A stretch of 36,190 nt of DNA from Trichinella spiralis (GCF_000181795.1 NW_003526940.1:2269790-2305979); one strand, 5' to 3'; positions 21,501 to 32,929 are shown, counted from the first letter of the stretch. Program-made: numbers and translations. The notes: a model not told the origin generated them from the sequence alone.

Positions 21501-23197
21501 TCAATGACATTTTGAAATACTCCAGGAGCAGCGCTGATGCCAAATTGCAAACGTTTGACTCGAAAAGCGCCACGATGAGTGATGATTGTTTGCGCTTCGG
21601 CTGTAGCGTCGTCAACTGTCAATTGTTGAAATGCCTGTGCTAAATCTAATTTAGCGAAAACTTTTCCTCCTGAAAGTGACGCTAACAATTGATTGACAGC
21701 AGGTATCGGGTAGGCGTGCTTTCTCAAAGCCTTATTTATAGTGCATTTGTAATCTCCACAAATGCGTACGGTTCCGTCAGGTTTCACTGGTGTGACGATT
21801 GGAGTCGACCAAACTGGATGATCTACTGGTTCTAGAACTTCTTGTTCAACCAGCTTATCCAATTCCGCATCAATTTTTTCTCTCAATGCAAAGGGAACCT
21901 TTCGCGCCTTCATGCAAATCGGCGTAACGTTTGGATCCAAGTCTAAAGATACTGGTTTTCCAACGTACATACCCAATTCTTCTGTGAATACAGATCGGTA
22001 TTTTCGCAATACTTCTGAAATTTGTGGAGGATTTGATGTCAAATGATGTACACCGCTTAGATATATGCCAAGCGGTTCAAACCAATTAAATCCGAGCAGA
22101 TTTGGACAGTGGCCTTTCGCGACAATAAGCGTCAGTGTACGATGGATATTTCCATATTGCACATTTACCGAACAGCTTTCTTTCACTTTTACCAGTTCTC
22201 CCTGAAAAGTTGCCAGTTTAAGAGTGATCGTTTCCAACTGAATTTTTCTTTCTTGTGACAACTTTCGGAAAACATATTCAGAGAGAATAGTGTATTCTGA
22301 GCCAGTGTCAATTTCCGTTTCGCACGGAAAGTTTTCGATGACAACGGTTACTCTAATCTTTCGTGACGACGTGCATGATTGATCACGTTTTGCCGATGCT
22401 CTGAGATTGTTTAGTAGCAGTGAATCAGGAAACCTTGAGGCCAGCTTGTCAACGGATGCTAATGAGTTTGCTGTGTGCTTGAAGTTTGTTTATCTCTGTC
22501 AGTTCGCTTTACTCCGGCAAACTTTCGCTATATGCCCGACTTTCTGACAAGCTCTGCAGCGAGCGTTTCTGAAACGACACTGAGATCGAATGTGTGTGCC
22601 TCCACAACTCTGGCATATCGTAGCTTGTTTTGCTGTTTTCGCTTGTGTTTGATAAACGTTAGATGACGTGTTGTCTGAAGCACGAACTTCTCGGGTATGT
22701 CGAGCGGCGGCTTCTGCTGATAGTACTTCTTCCAGGGCTGATTCGAAAGTCAAATTTTTTCGAGAAAACAGACGGAGCTGTAATTCTTCTTCTCTCAAGC
22801 CAATAACCAGTCGATCACGCAGCATAATCTCTAAATCTGAAAAATTGCAACCTTGGGCTAACCGACGAAGATCAGCTACAAAATCAGAAATTGATTTCCC
22901 ATTTTTCAGATTTCGCTTTTAAAAAGCATTGCGTTTCACAATTTCAGATGGTTGCGGAGAGAAATGTTCTTCTAAAACGAACAGAATCTCATCGAAAGAT
23001 TTTTCATTAGGACTAGCTGGTGAAATGAGAGCTTGAATTAGGTTGAAAACTGCTCCACCACAAGAGCTCAAAAGTACGGCTCTTCTCTTCGCGGGATCAG
23101 TCACGTTATTAGCCTCTAAGAAGAAAATCAAACGGGACGCGTATGCCGTCCATTCTTTTGGCTTAGAGATATCAAACTCTTCGATGTGGCCCAACAT
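18597..23197 (-). pseudogene. Gypsy gag-pol polyprotein (gag, PR and RT in one frame; multiple stops)
   Basis: Twin Gag knuckles CQSCGGTHIRSQC / CRACQKVGHIAKVC; protease EIDTGS (~22300); RT RICGDYK, KLDLAQAF, YFNDIL; RNase H CDAS, NYAQIDKEAL, TDHKPL; integrase HHCC, HVDLAGP, SDNG, ERMV. Stops at 22919, 22499, ~22490, 19420, 19057 and 19042. Interrupted at 20396-21254. Confidence 0.93.
20396..21254. mobile_element. 859-bp non-autonomous DNA transposon (MITE) with ~190-bp imperfect TIRs inserted in Gypsy pol
   Basis: Left GGGGTAGACCCTGAATATTCATCAAAGACATGCCGCT..TTTGATTGG versus right reverse complement GGGTCTACTACCCGAGTGTACTTCAAAGGCATTCCGCT..TTTGATTGG. Similarity continues through CGGCTAAATTTCATTAG and TTTTACTGG.TGTCATT. 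The core is AT-rich and non-coding. Confidence 0.85.
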
Positions 23198-23240
23198 GTC
23201 AATCAGTAGTCATACGGGTAACAACGTACCTTTTTAATGA

Positions 23241-23258
23241 ATCCCATCCTCGTCGCCA
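23241..23258 (-). other. Gypsy primer-binding site, tRNA-Ser(GCT)
   Basis: Minus strand TGGCGACGAGGATGGGAT, 1 nt inside the 5' LTR boundary; complementary to the 3' end ATCCCATCCTCGTCGCCA of eukaryotic tRNA-Ser(GCT). Confidence 0.9.
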
Positions 23259-23259
23259 A

Positions 23260-23501
23260 TGTTGTGTATGAGAACTGATTAAGTATATAGAGACTTTACT
23301 TCTAATGACAACACAATACCAAGCTAATGTATAACACACAAAAGATTACACACAAAGATAACGCACACAGGGAAAACAATGCACACAGAGCGAACGCGGA
23401 AACAGCTACGCACGGACACTGGTCACGTGAAACTACTGTAATCATGTTCCTGCGCGTTCTTTTGTAGATATGTTGATCGCTTAGGATCACAATACATTAC
23501 A
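23260..23501 (-). repeat. Gypsy 5' LTR (242 bp)
   Basis: Direct repeat of 18340-18585, adjacent to the PBS and followed by TSD GTCAC. Confidence 0.95.
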
Positions 23502-23732
23502 GTCACACTGTAGCAAATCCGGATTATCAGGCTCAAACGACGGTGTTTTTACCACATTATGTTCCGCCAATTCTCGCTGAACAACTTCTGATGCTCAGGG
23601 AGTGGACTTCAGGTATGGACGTTAGCGGCAACTCAAGTTCGAACAAATGCTGACCAGGAAAACAAAATGCTCCGGATAGGGATTTATTAATCAAGTTTAC
23701 AATACCAACAAACGTCTACTAAACACAGACAC

Positions 23733-24126
23733 TGTTACAGACAGTAAGAAATGATTAATACCTGACCATCGAAAGTGTACTGTAGTAGTATTGTCGTTGT
23801 AATCGTGGCAACAACATGTGATCGAGTAGTGCTAGATTTGCCATTTTTGAGAGACGAGCGTGTCGTTTTTTTGTATTGTATTTGTGACTACAAGAGTAAA
23901 GGATTCACTTTAACCCTTGTATTGAATTGACGCGTTCGACGAATAGTTCTCTGTGAACTGGTTGAGCGGAGCTTATCTAGGCTACCAGAACGAACTAATT
24001 GAGAGTTCGTGTAGACCGACGTAATAAGTTTATTACGTCGCTGGGAGAATTGAATTCCCGCCGAATCAAATACAGTCCATTATTAACCTGAGCGTCGAGC
24101 TGCCGACGACAGAATAGTCGGTAACA
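23733..24126 (+). repeat. BEL/Pao 5' LTR
   Basis: Direct repeat of 28091-28484. Confidence 0.95.
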
Positions 24127-24130
24127 TTTC

Positions 24131-24148
24131 TGGTCCTCCGAGCCGGAT
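24131..24148 (+). other. BEL/Pao primer-binding site, tRNA-Tyr
   Basis: TGGTCCTCCGAGCCGGAT, one mismatch from the tRNA-Tyr complement TGGTCCTTCGAGCCGGAT, 4 nt after the LTR. Confidence 0.85.
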
Positions 24149-24163
24149 CGTTTGAGAGCAGCT

Positions 24164-27100
24164 ATGGATTATGCTAAGTTGAACCGTCGCCGTAACTGCT
24201 TGAAAGGGCGAATGAATCGCCTTTGCCAAGACCTCGACGCGTTGATACGTCAACCGGAATCACGGATAGACGTCAAGATGACCTTAGATTCAATTTCTAA
24301 ACTCTTAGAACGTTGTCAAGAAGCGCAGGATGCGGTGGAAGCCGTCATTACTGATGACGATGAAATAGAGAAGGAAACTCAAAGGTGGATGGATTTCGAA
24401 AGGGAAATACGCTCAGCCCGTGGCAGAGCGGAGAGGTATTTGGAGATGAATACCGAACCTGTAGACTCCAAGAAGTCGAGCCTGAATTCAGCATCGGCCA
24501 AACTTCTGACTTGGAGTATTCCTAAGTTTACAGGCTAGGTCCTTGACTTCCCATCATTTTGGGAACAGTTCAATGCAGGAATTCATGATAACGCCGAGCT
24601 TGCTGATGTGACGAAATTTATATACCTGAGATTCTTATTGGAAGGTGAAGGGTTGAAAGCAATAGATGGGTACGCGGTCACGCAGGACAATTACCCAATT
24701 GCCAGGCAAGCACTCGTATCTCGATTCGGAAACCCGAAACGAGTAATCGAGCATCACATCCAAGCCATCGCGGATCTTAGACCAAACGGAGATAGGACAT
24801 TGCGTGAATTGCACGATGAGCTGGTGACTCACGTGAGATCTCTGAGAGCATTGAACAGAGATACGTTAGGGAACCAGTTTGCGTCAGATATCATTCTGAC
24901 ACTCTGCAAACGGCTCCTTCCTAAGAAGATACTAAGCTTGTGGGAAGATAAAATTATGGAATCTGAGGATGATCCAAACGAAGTCGAGACGTTCTTTGTA
25001 TTCTTACACAAACATGCAGAAATTGAAGCACGAGTACATCAGGACAACCACAAGTACGGGAGACGAGATGGAGTCGAGATAAAGAAGAAAGAGCGCTGAC
25101 ATTCCAACAAGGTCCTTTCCACGAGTGTAGCGCCGGGAAACCTTTGCTCCATTTGCCGAGAGAATCACCATGTAGAAGGATGTCCCTTGTTTTTAAAGGC
25201 GACGAGACCGGAACGTTGGACATTAGCGAAAAAATATAGATTATGTTTTCGCTGCCTACGACAAGGACACGACTGATTGCAAACGCAGTCACAATTCGAG
25301 GAATGTGACTTCGGTCGGCTTACACCGACTACTTTCAGAAGATAGAAACGTGAGGGCAGCTGAGGAAAACTGCACCCCACATGGAGATGAGCGTAGTGAG
25401 AAGAGCCCAGAAACAACACCGACCGATGTAAGTGAACCAACAAACGCTGTTAGGGTGTGTGCCAATAGAACAAGAGACACCCGAGATAGGACGTATTTGC
25501 AAACAGCTAAAGCGTACTTATACACACCGAACGGTAACTATACGAAAGTTATGTGTTTGTTCTACACAGGATCACAACGCTCGTTCGTGACAAAGGGAAT
25601 TGCCGACAGCCTAGGACTGACTGGATTGAGTGAACGGGTGTGCATATCCACACTGGGAAACAACACCTGCCACAAGAAGCTACGAAGAGTCTCCTTTTCG
25701 CTAAAAGGAATTACTCCTAATAGTCAGGCCAAACAGATCAACGCCTACTGTGTCAATCGGATTTGTGACACATTGGAAGAAAATCCACCGGCAATGTGGG
25801 AACATGTGAAAGACTTGAACTTAGCTGACGATTTCCCACGTGGTCGTCGCGATGTCGATGTTCTAATCGGAATCGATTATTACTACCATTTCATAGAAGA
25901 TGATAGAAGATGTGTAGTTGACGAATGGCTAGTAGCACTGCGATCCACACTTGGATGGATCCTTTGTGGTCAAGATTCGAGAACGAACTATACCGACACT
26001 GTTAAAGTGATGCGTATAGATGTGCGACCACGATGCGATTGCGAAAAGCATCACAGATTTGGGGAATTAAAGTCGATCGGAATCATGGATCAACCTGAAA
26101 CAGAATCACCAGCTGAAAGAAATGATATCCTACTATCGTGTGATGATGAGTTGGCCGCTTTAGTTTCTGCTAGACTAGTGACGTACGTAGGAAAACAATT
26201 GTCAGTTGCGATCGACGAGATAGTCTGCTGGTCTGACAGTGAAGTAGCGCCTTCGTGGATAAAAAGCCCTGCTGTCAAATGGAAGACCTGTGTAAGAAAC
26301 CGTGTTGAATCGATTCAACAGCTAACAGAAGCCAGTGTGTGGCGTTATTGCCCAACCGGCGAAAACCCTGCAGACATGCTAAGCAGAGGATGTTCGTTAA
26401 AGAGGTTAGAAGAAAGTCAACTTTGGTGGGAAGGTCCCCCATGGTTATCTTTGCCGGTAGATAACTGGCCAAAGAAATCCGTAAGAGTAGATCAATCTAA
26501 GATCACGTCAAGCGCTGAAGCCAGAAACAAGATCACGACATTGGCCGTTTCTGTGATTGAGAAGAACGATCGATTGGAACCGTCACGTTTCAGCAACTTC
26601 GAAAAACTGGTAAAAGTCACTGCGTTTTGTTTTCGTTTCTTTAGAAATCTACAGCTACCTCGACACGAAAGAAAGTTCGCAGAACTGACCGTAGAAGAGC
26701 TAGCCAAAGCAGAGAATTTTTGGTTGCTGACAGTTCAACCTGAGGCTTTCGAGAAGGAACTAGCCGCCGTTCAATCTGGAAAAAATCCAGAAGGTAAATT
26801 AGCTAGATTCAATCCCTATCTGGATGCAAACGGACTGCTAAGAGTCGGAGGACGCCTCCAAAATTCTGACATGGACGCAGAAAGGAAACATCCCATCCTT
26901 CTACCATCAACCCATCCGGTAGTGATGCTGCTTATCAAAAGAATCCACGAGCGATCACTGCATGCCGGCACGGAACAGACCCTGACCGACTTACGCCAGC
27001 GATTTTGGGTCTTGAAAGGTAGAAGCTCCGTGAAAAGAATTGTTAGACAATGTCGAATTTGTAAAAGACAGTCTGCAAGACCATACGAACCGATAATGAA

Positions 27101-28112
27101 TGATCTTCCGATAGACCGGGTGACAGTTGCTGCACCCTTTGAACGCATTGGTATAGACTTTGCTGGACCGGTGTATATCAAAATGAGAAACAATCATGTG
27201 AAGACATACATATGTTTGTTTACATGTATGGTCAGGCGTGCTATACACCTCGAGCTAGTGACATCCATGACGACGAAACAATTTCTAAACGCGTTTCACC
27301 GATTCGCGGCGAGACGAGGATACCCGGTTCTTGTACAGTCAGATAATTTCAAAACCTTTAAACAAGCAGATCAAGAACTGCGAGACTTGTTTAGTGAGAA
27401 TCAGTGGTCTGAAATTAGAGCCGCCCTGACTGTAAACCGAATAAAGTGGAAATATATTACCGAGAGAGCACCTTGGAATGGTGGTTATTGGGAAAGAATA
27501 GTACGAACGGTAAAGGAATCATTGAAGAAAGTGTTGGGAAACACACGGCTGGAAGAAGACGAGTTGCGGACAGTGCTTTGTGAGATAGAAGCACGTATCA
27601 ACAGCAGACCTTTGACTTTCGTAGGAGACGATCCTAACGACCAGAACCCCCTGACACCCTTCCATTTTCTAATCGGACGTGAATACTGAAACGTACACGA
27701 AATACCACATGGTGAAGATAACGATCCCCCGTACGGAGCCCCGACTACAAAAGAACTGTCCAGACGGTGGAAGTACAGGCGAACGTTAGTAGACAACCTG
27801 TGGAAACGTTGGAAAAACGAGTATGTCGTAAACTTATCACAGAGGAAGAAATGGACGAAAAGCAAACAAGAACCACACGTCGGAGACATCGTTTTGGTCT
27901 CTGAAGACGACGTTCCGACTCACATGTGGCCAATGGCAAGAGTCATCGAAGTGTACCCCGGAAGCGATGGAGTAGTTCGAACAGTGAAGGTCAAGACACT
28001 CAAAGGAACGTACAATCGATCAGTACGTAAATTACGTTTACTGGAACCGGCAGTAGATGCTGATGGACTTCGCCCATCGCGGGGGGAGTATGTTACAGAC
28101 AGTAAGAAATGA
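24164..28112 (+). pseudogene. BEL/Pao gag-pol: Gag (DUF1759-like), Cys/His knuckles, protease, partial RNase H, integrase; no RT
   Basis: IPKFTG*VLDFPSFWEQF; CSICRENHHVEGC; protease LFYTGSQRSF..DVLIGID; CWSDSEV; ENPADMLSRG; integrase H..HAG..CRIC, GIDFAGP, QSDN, GGYWER; C-terminal WPMARV. Stops at 24536, 25097 and 27687, plus a frameshift near 25280. Confidence 0.92.
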
Positions 28113-28484
28113 TTAATACCTGACCATCGAAAGTGTACTGTAGTAGTATTGTCGTTGTAATCGTGGCAACAACGTGTGATCGAGTAGTGCTAGATTTGCC
28201 ATTTTTGAGAGACGAGCGTGTCGTTTTTTTGTATTGTATTTGTGACTACAAGAGTAAAGGATTCACTTTAACCCTTGTATTGAATTGACGCGTTCGACGA
28301 ATAGTTCTCTGTGAACTGGTTGAGCGGAGCTTATCTAGGCTACCAGAACGAACTAATTGAGAGTTCGTGTAGACCGACGTAATAAGTTTATTACGTCGCT
28401 GGGAGAATTGAATTCCCGCTGAATCAAATACAGTCCATTATTAACCTGAGCGTCGAGCTGCCGACGACAGAAAAGTCGGTAACA
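28091..28484 (+). repeat. BEL/Pao 3' LTR
   Basis: Direct repeat of 23733-24126, followed by TSD GACAC. Confidence 0.95.
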
Positions 28485-29599
28485 GACACAACTCTAAACT
28501 CTACTAAAGAGCAGTCTTTTATCACCCTTGTTATTCGCTTAACTATAATTTAACCATACTCAAAATGGCAAGATACCGAATTTACACAGCAGGCGGAGGC
28601 TGGCTTGGACAGGAGATCCCTGGAGTAGGCCAACGAGCTGAGTTGCATATAGGTGACCGTTAGCTTGGCCGAAGCATGAATTCATTGTCCAGCAGATCTA
28701 GTTCGAAGTATGACATAGCTACCATTCCTAGTGGAGCGTAATCCCGTGCAAATTGAGTGGCACTTTCAACTAAGGATCTGAAGGTTCCAGGCTACAGTAC
28801 CTCTTCTGTTCCCTGCGGAACACTATTTTATTTTTCTTTGTCATTTCTGTTCAGTTATTGCTATTACATTTTGCAATAAAAAATATAGAATTAGGAAGAA
28901 GTTTGTTTATAAAATGCTAATCACTAAAAAATATAAAATTTGAAAACAATACATTTAAAGAAAAAGATTGTTAAAACCACTTTTGCTCGAACCTGATAAT
29001 CAGAATCTGCTACCATAACCAGAAGTTGGTTGATTGCACGTCATTGTCACGTTTTTACGCGTGAGTCAGCAACGGGATCATGTATATCACTTGTGCGCAA
29101 CTTTCTGGCTACTGGAGGCCGCATTCAGCATCCTTAAAGTCACAACAGCCGCAAGTGAGCCCAACCACACTGTCCAATGATATCCAATTTGATTGAAAAT
29201 CCACCTATGTTCAATGTGATTTGGAAATCTACCTACGACCGCGTTTACGCCAATTCCAAAAGCACGGAATGAGGTGCATAAGAAGATATATTTTGTTTTC
29301 CTGAAAATTTATTCAGTTTATTATCGTCCATCGTCGGCCGCACATTTTCGGCTGCTCGTTCGATTCGCAGATTGCGCCCCCCTGATGTATATATTGAAGG
29401 CGTACGATAAATAGATTGCTTTGACGGTTTTGAGTGCGATTACGTCTGATTGATCAACTTCCGTGTGTTTTGTTGTTCTGAAATTGCAGCTAACTCCTCT
29501 AAGCCGGAAAAGGGCCAGCGATTCAATTAGCCATACCCAACTTTCTCGCGTACAGTTGGATTAACCGTGAGAATCATAAACCCGATTATTCTCAACATA

Positions 29600-31760
29600 A
29601 TTTGGTGCCACGAACCGAGAGACCGGAAGTAAGTTTTTTTTGAGATGAAAGCAGAAACGGCGAAAAGGCGCTTAATTCTCGACCAGAGACGTTAGAAAGG
29701 CGTGATCAGCCTAGTTGTGATGCAAGTGGAAGAAGCCACCTCACGGACAGCAGTCAAGTGCGTCCTGAATGCGCACTATGCAGAGGCGCATAGAGCTCAG
29801 GTTCCGTCAGAAGACGCTCTTCCAGACAAAGACGTTCTTGAAGCGCCGCTTCAAGAATGGTGGTCACTGGTGAAAGAAGTGTCCATGATGCGTATTGAGG
29901 CTGCGACTTTTTTAAATGAGGAGGAAGCGGGCGATACGTCACAACAGAAACCACAACTGAATGAGAATTAGCCGCCGAAGTCTGATGGCGACATACTGCA
30001 GTTAAATCGTTTTGGGACCAATTTGAGGCGTGTCCATCTACGGGAAGACCTAAGCAACATCACAGAGCTCCACTATCTGAGATGATGTTTGTCTGGTCCG
30101 GCGTTGAAGGCAATTGAAGGTGTGACGGTTTGTGCGCCACTCAAGAATCGATTTCACTGACTGCAGGACTTCGTGGAGAGTCATGGATATTCCCGCAGTT
30201 GAGCCTGGTTGGATTAAAGTCGTACGCGCACGACGGAGCTGCACAGCTGACGAGACTGCATGATGAGCTGAATAGGCACTTTATACAGCTGAATGCTCAT
30301 GGGAAAAATGTGATTAGTGGCCTGAACGGCCACTTTTGCCGTCACTCACTTTTTACCCACTTTTGCTCATAACAAAGACGAAACTTCGATCTGGGACCGT
30401 AACCGACTGAAAGGGCTTCGCCACAGACAAGATGGATGATGAGATCACGTCGAATGAGTTTCTCGCCTTTTTGTTAGATCAAGCCAGGATCAGAGAATCG
30501 GACAACGCAACTCGAACGAAAGCTACTCTGAAGAAGGAAAAGCCGGAGTATGAGAAAAGAGGGAAATCTGAATTATGGTTTTGGACCGCGGTGGCGCCCG
30601 TGCAATATGGATCGGAGTGTTTCGTGTGTGGCGGGAATCATTTGACCGATGATTGTCCGCGGTTTATGAGACACCCCGTGCCGGAGAGATGGCATTGTGT
30701 GCAGAGGCTCCATCTTAGCATTGTCTGCTTGCAGAAGGGACATTGAAAAGAGGATTTTCCGAAGAGGAAAGCGGAACAGGCGCTGAATGCGCTGCTCGAA
30801 TGAGATGCCACAAACAAGCGCGAGAACCGCCAGAAGCAGACTGCAGACAAGCGACTGCAGAGGATCCTACCGACCGCCGACGACTGAAAGGATGATCCAG
30901 TGATGAAATGATTTGAAGAATCCTCTGCGATGGATTGAGATATTCTGTTAGTATTCTCTGGAGACTTGATTCGTTCCCTCTGCCAGACAGCATGGAAGTC
31001 GCGTTGAGTAGGCTAAGAGCGTTGAACCGGCGGTTGAACCGCGTCCCGGAGAAAGAACAGGGGTACGCAGGAGTCATCTGTGCCTGTCTTGACGGTGGAT
31101 AGGCAGAAGAAGAGGATGGAAGAAAAGGTCCCTCAGGAAGGACATGGTTAACCTGTCCCATCCGGCCGTCTAGCAAGACAATCACGGTAAGAAGAAATGT
31201 CGGGTAATGTTCGACGGCTCTGCGGAATGGAACAGTACATCCTTGAACAGCTGTCTCGACCCAGGACCGAAGTTACATTACAACGTATAGTCACCACGCT
31301 TCTCTGGCTCCGAGGATCCAAGATCGCACTGCAGCCGACACCGAGAAGATGTATCTGCCGGTCAAATTGCGTCCGGAAGATTGGGACGTGCCGTTTTATA
31401 CGGAAGGATGGGTGTTGCACAGCCCCCATGAAGGTCTACCGGTTGACGCGGGTGAGGTTCGACCTCACATGCTTCCCATTGCTCGCCATGTAATTGGTGA
31501 GGCACCATGCGCAACGCCGTTGGAGCATCGACGAGCTGTGATGGAATTGATGTGGTCCGGCAACTGGTCTAGAGGCTGACGAAACTCATGCGAGCTGACG
31601 GCATTTCTTTCGGGTAATGGGCAAGCAATGTGTCAGACGCATTGAGGCACCTCCCACCGAAAGATGTATGTTTAGCTGATGAGGGCCGGTTGTGGAAGAC
31701 GTATTGTATTGGAACTGACGCAGCGACTGCCTGATGTCCGTGCCCATGTCGACATCCACC
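29600..31760 (+). mobile_element. Old, heavily decayed BEL/Pao relic (Gag and N-terminal RT fragments)
   Basis: PBS-like TGGTGCC at ~29603 after CAACA; Gag LSNITELHYLR*CLSGPALKAIEGVTV; knuckle CFVCGGNHLTDDCPRF; RT fragments ALSRLRALNRRL, FDGSA, EKMYLPVKLRPED, YRLTRVRFDLTCFPLLAM. No paired LTR identified. Confidence 0.8.
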
Positions 31761-32042
31761 TGGAGTGGCATGAATGAATGGATATGGATGATGATGGAAA
31801 TTTATGGATATCCATTTCAAATGAATCAGTTTTCACAGTTGTCATTATTTAACTCTCCGTCTAACTGACTGGTTGCTCGCTAATCTTTGAGGTGAATAAT
31901 AAATTGTACTCATAGTTCAAATCATTCTAAAGATCATGGTAAGCAATTTTTAAATTGGAATTTGATGATTTTTTTGATTGAATTTGTTATTAAAATTACT
32001 TTGAATTTATTAAAATTTTCTTTAGTTGTCAATGCTAAACAG

Positions 32043-32137
32043 TCTGCACGTTGCCGAATATGAACAAAGAGAATGAGAATTATTGGACTGGATTCGTGCC
32101 GTGTCTTGAAAGATGAAAGCTTCACCAGAGGAACCTA
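32043..32137 (+). pseudogene. Isolated exon, spectrin-repeat-like
   Basis: Bounded by AAACAG| and |GTAAGT. Reads LHVAEYEQRE*ELLDWIRAVS*KMKASPEEP, resembling spectrin-repeat helix A (EY..L..W), with two in-frame TGA. Confidence 0.3.
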
Positions 32138-32804
32138 GTAAGTCACAGTACAGCTTGCCGATTTTAAAGATTGTAATTTATGAAATTAATTGAATTAATT
32201 ACTTTAAGTATTACTCGAATTAAGTCAGACATGTTACTGCAGAGTTCAACGTGGGTTTTTATAATGAAGTTTTTGACTGCAGCTTCAGCAAAATATGAAC
32301 ATAAACAGCAACGTAATCGTTAATAAAAATTAAGTCTGTAACAAAAAACCGCTAAATATTATCTTATTCTTTAAGTAATTTTAACGCAGTATTATGAAAA
32401 TAAAAAAGCAATATGAAAGATTTTTCAAAATAAAATGCATTTATTGAGGAAAGTTGTAAAACTTTTGCAAGCTATTTCTCACAGTATGAACTGTATGTCT
32501 ATAGTAAAAAAAAGTAATTGATTTTTTGGTGCATATTTAATGAAATTGAAAATTGTTTTTGAAAGTGTTAATATTTTCTATTTTCAAAAATTACGATAAA
32601 TTGTAAACATTTCATTATTGTTAAATGCAGTTCTCAATTTTATAATTTTTACTTATTTTAAGCGCGTAATAAGACGATAAAGTTATCATAAAAATGTTGT
32701 GCATTGCTTTAATTGAATATTCAGTAGTAGCAGCAAATTGGCTGTGTGAAACGTATGAAATTTTCTTTGCTTATGATTAATTATTTGTATAATTGTTTTT
32801 GAAG

Positions 32805-32929
32805 AAATTGGCGAGCGTAAAGAGACAGAGAAGACTGAAGTGAATAATACAGTTTTCGTCCAAGGCATTCCGGATATGGCATCTGCCCAGATGATCGCAG
32901 AGTATTTCAGCGAAAGTGGAGAAATTATG
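32805..32929 (+). pseudogene. Isolated exon encoding N-terminal half of a FET-family (FUS/EWS/TAF15/cabeza)-like RRM
   Basis: NNTVFVQGIPDMASAQMIAEYFSESGEIM|GT resembles FUS [29 protein letters not shown]. No continuation exon recognised. Confidence 0.5.

Larger units (their letters stand above)
18340..23501 (-). mobile_element. Ty3/Gypsy LTR retrotransposon, Mag-like clade, decayed
   Basis: TG..CA LTRs at 18340-18585 and 23260-23501; 5-bp TSD GTCAC at 18335-18339 and 23502-23506; PBS and PPT present; domain order gag-PR-RT-RH-INT. Confidence 0.95.
23733..28484 (+). mobile_element. BEL/Pao LTR retrotransposon, non-autonomous (RT deleted)
   Basis: 394-bp TGT..ACA LTRs at 23733-24126 and 28091-28484 (3 differences counted); TSD GACAC at 23728-23732 and 28485-28489; PBS; G-rich PPT at 28081-28088. 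Confidence 0.95.
23509..29014. mobile_element. Small TIR element (~750 bp once the nested BEL is removed) hosting the BEL/Pao insertion
   Basis: 23510-23554 GTAGCAAATCCGGATTATCAGGCTCAAACGACGGTGTTTTTACCA matches the reverse complement of 28969-29013 (GTAGCAGATTCTGATTATCAGGTTCGAGCAAAAGTGGTTTTAACA) at 34/45 positions without gaps. No TSD found. Confidence 0.6.

Noticed and set aside
22488..22501. TGA-C at the Gypsy gag/protease boundary as programmed readthrough
   Set aside because: A TAA follows three codons later and gag has another internal stop, so simple decay explains it.
23239..23258. tRNA-Ser 3' end match as a tRNA gene
   Set aside because: Only ~20 nt including CCA, adjacent to an LTR; it is the primer-binding site.
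23940..24126. Hammerhead ribozyme in the structured BEL LTR
   Set aside because: No CTGANGA..GAAA core could be placed between the stems on either strand by eye.
26090..27939. Antisense ORFs within the BEL and Gypsy coding regions
   Set aside because: Short shadow frames with no motifs; no env-like or accessory ORF was supported.
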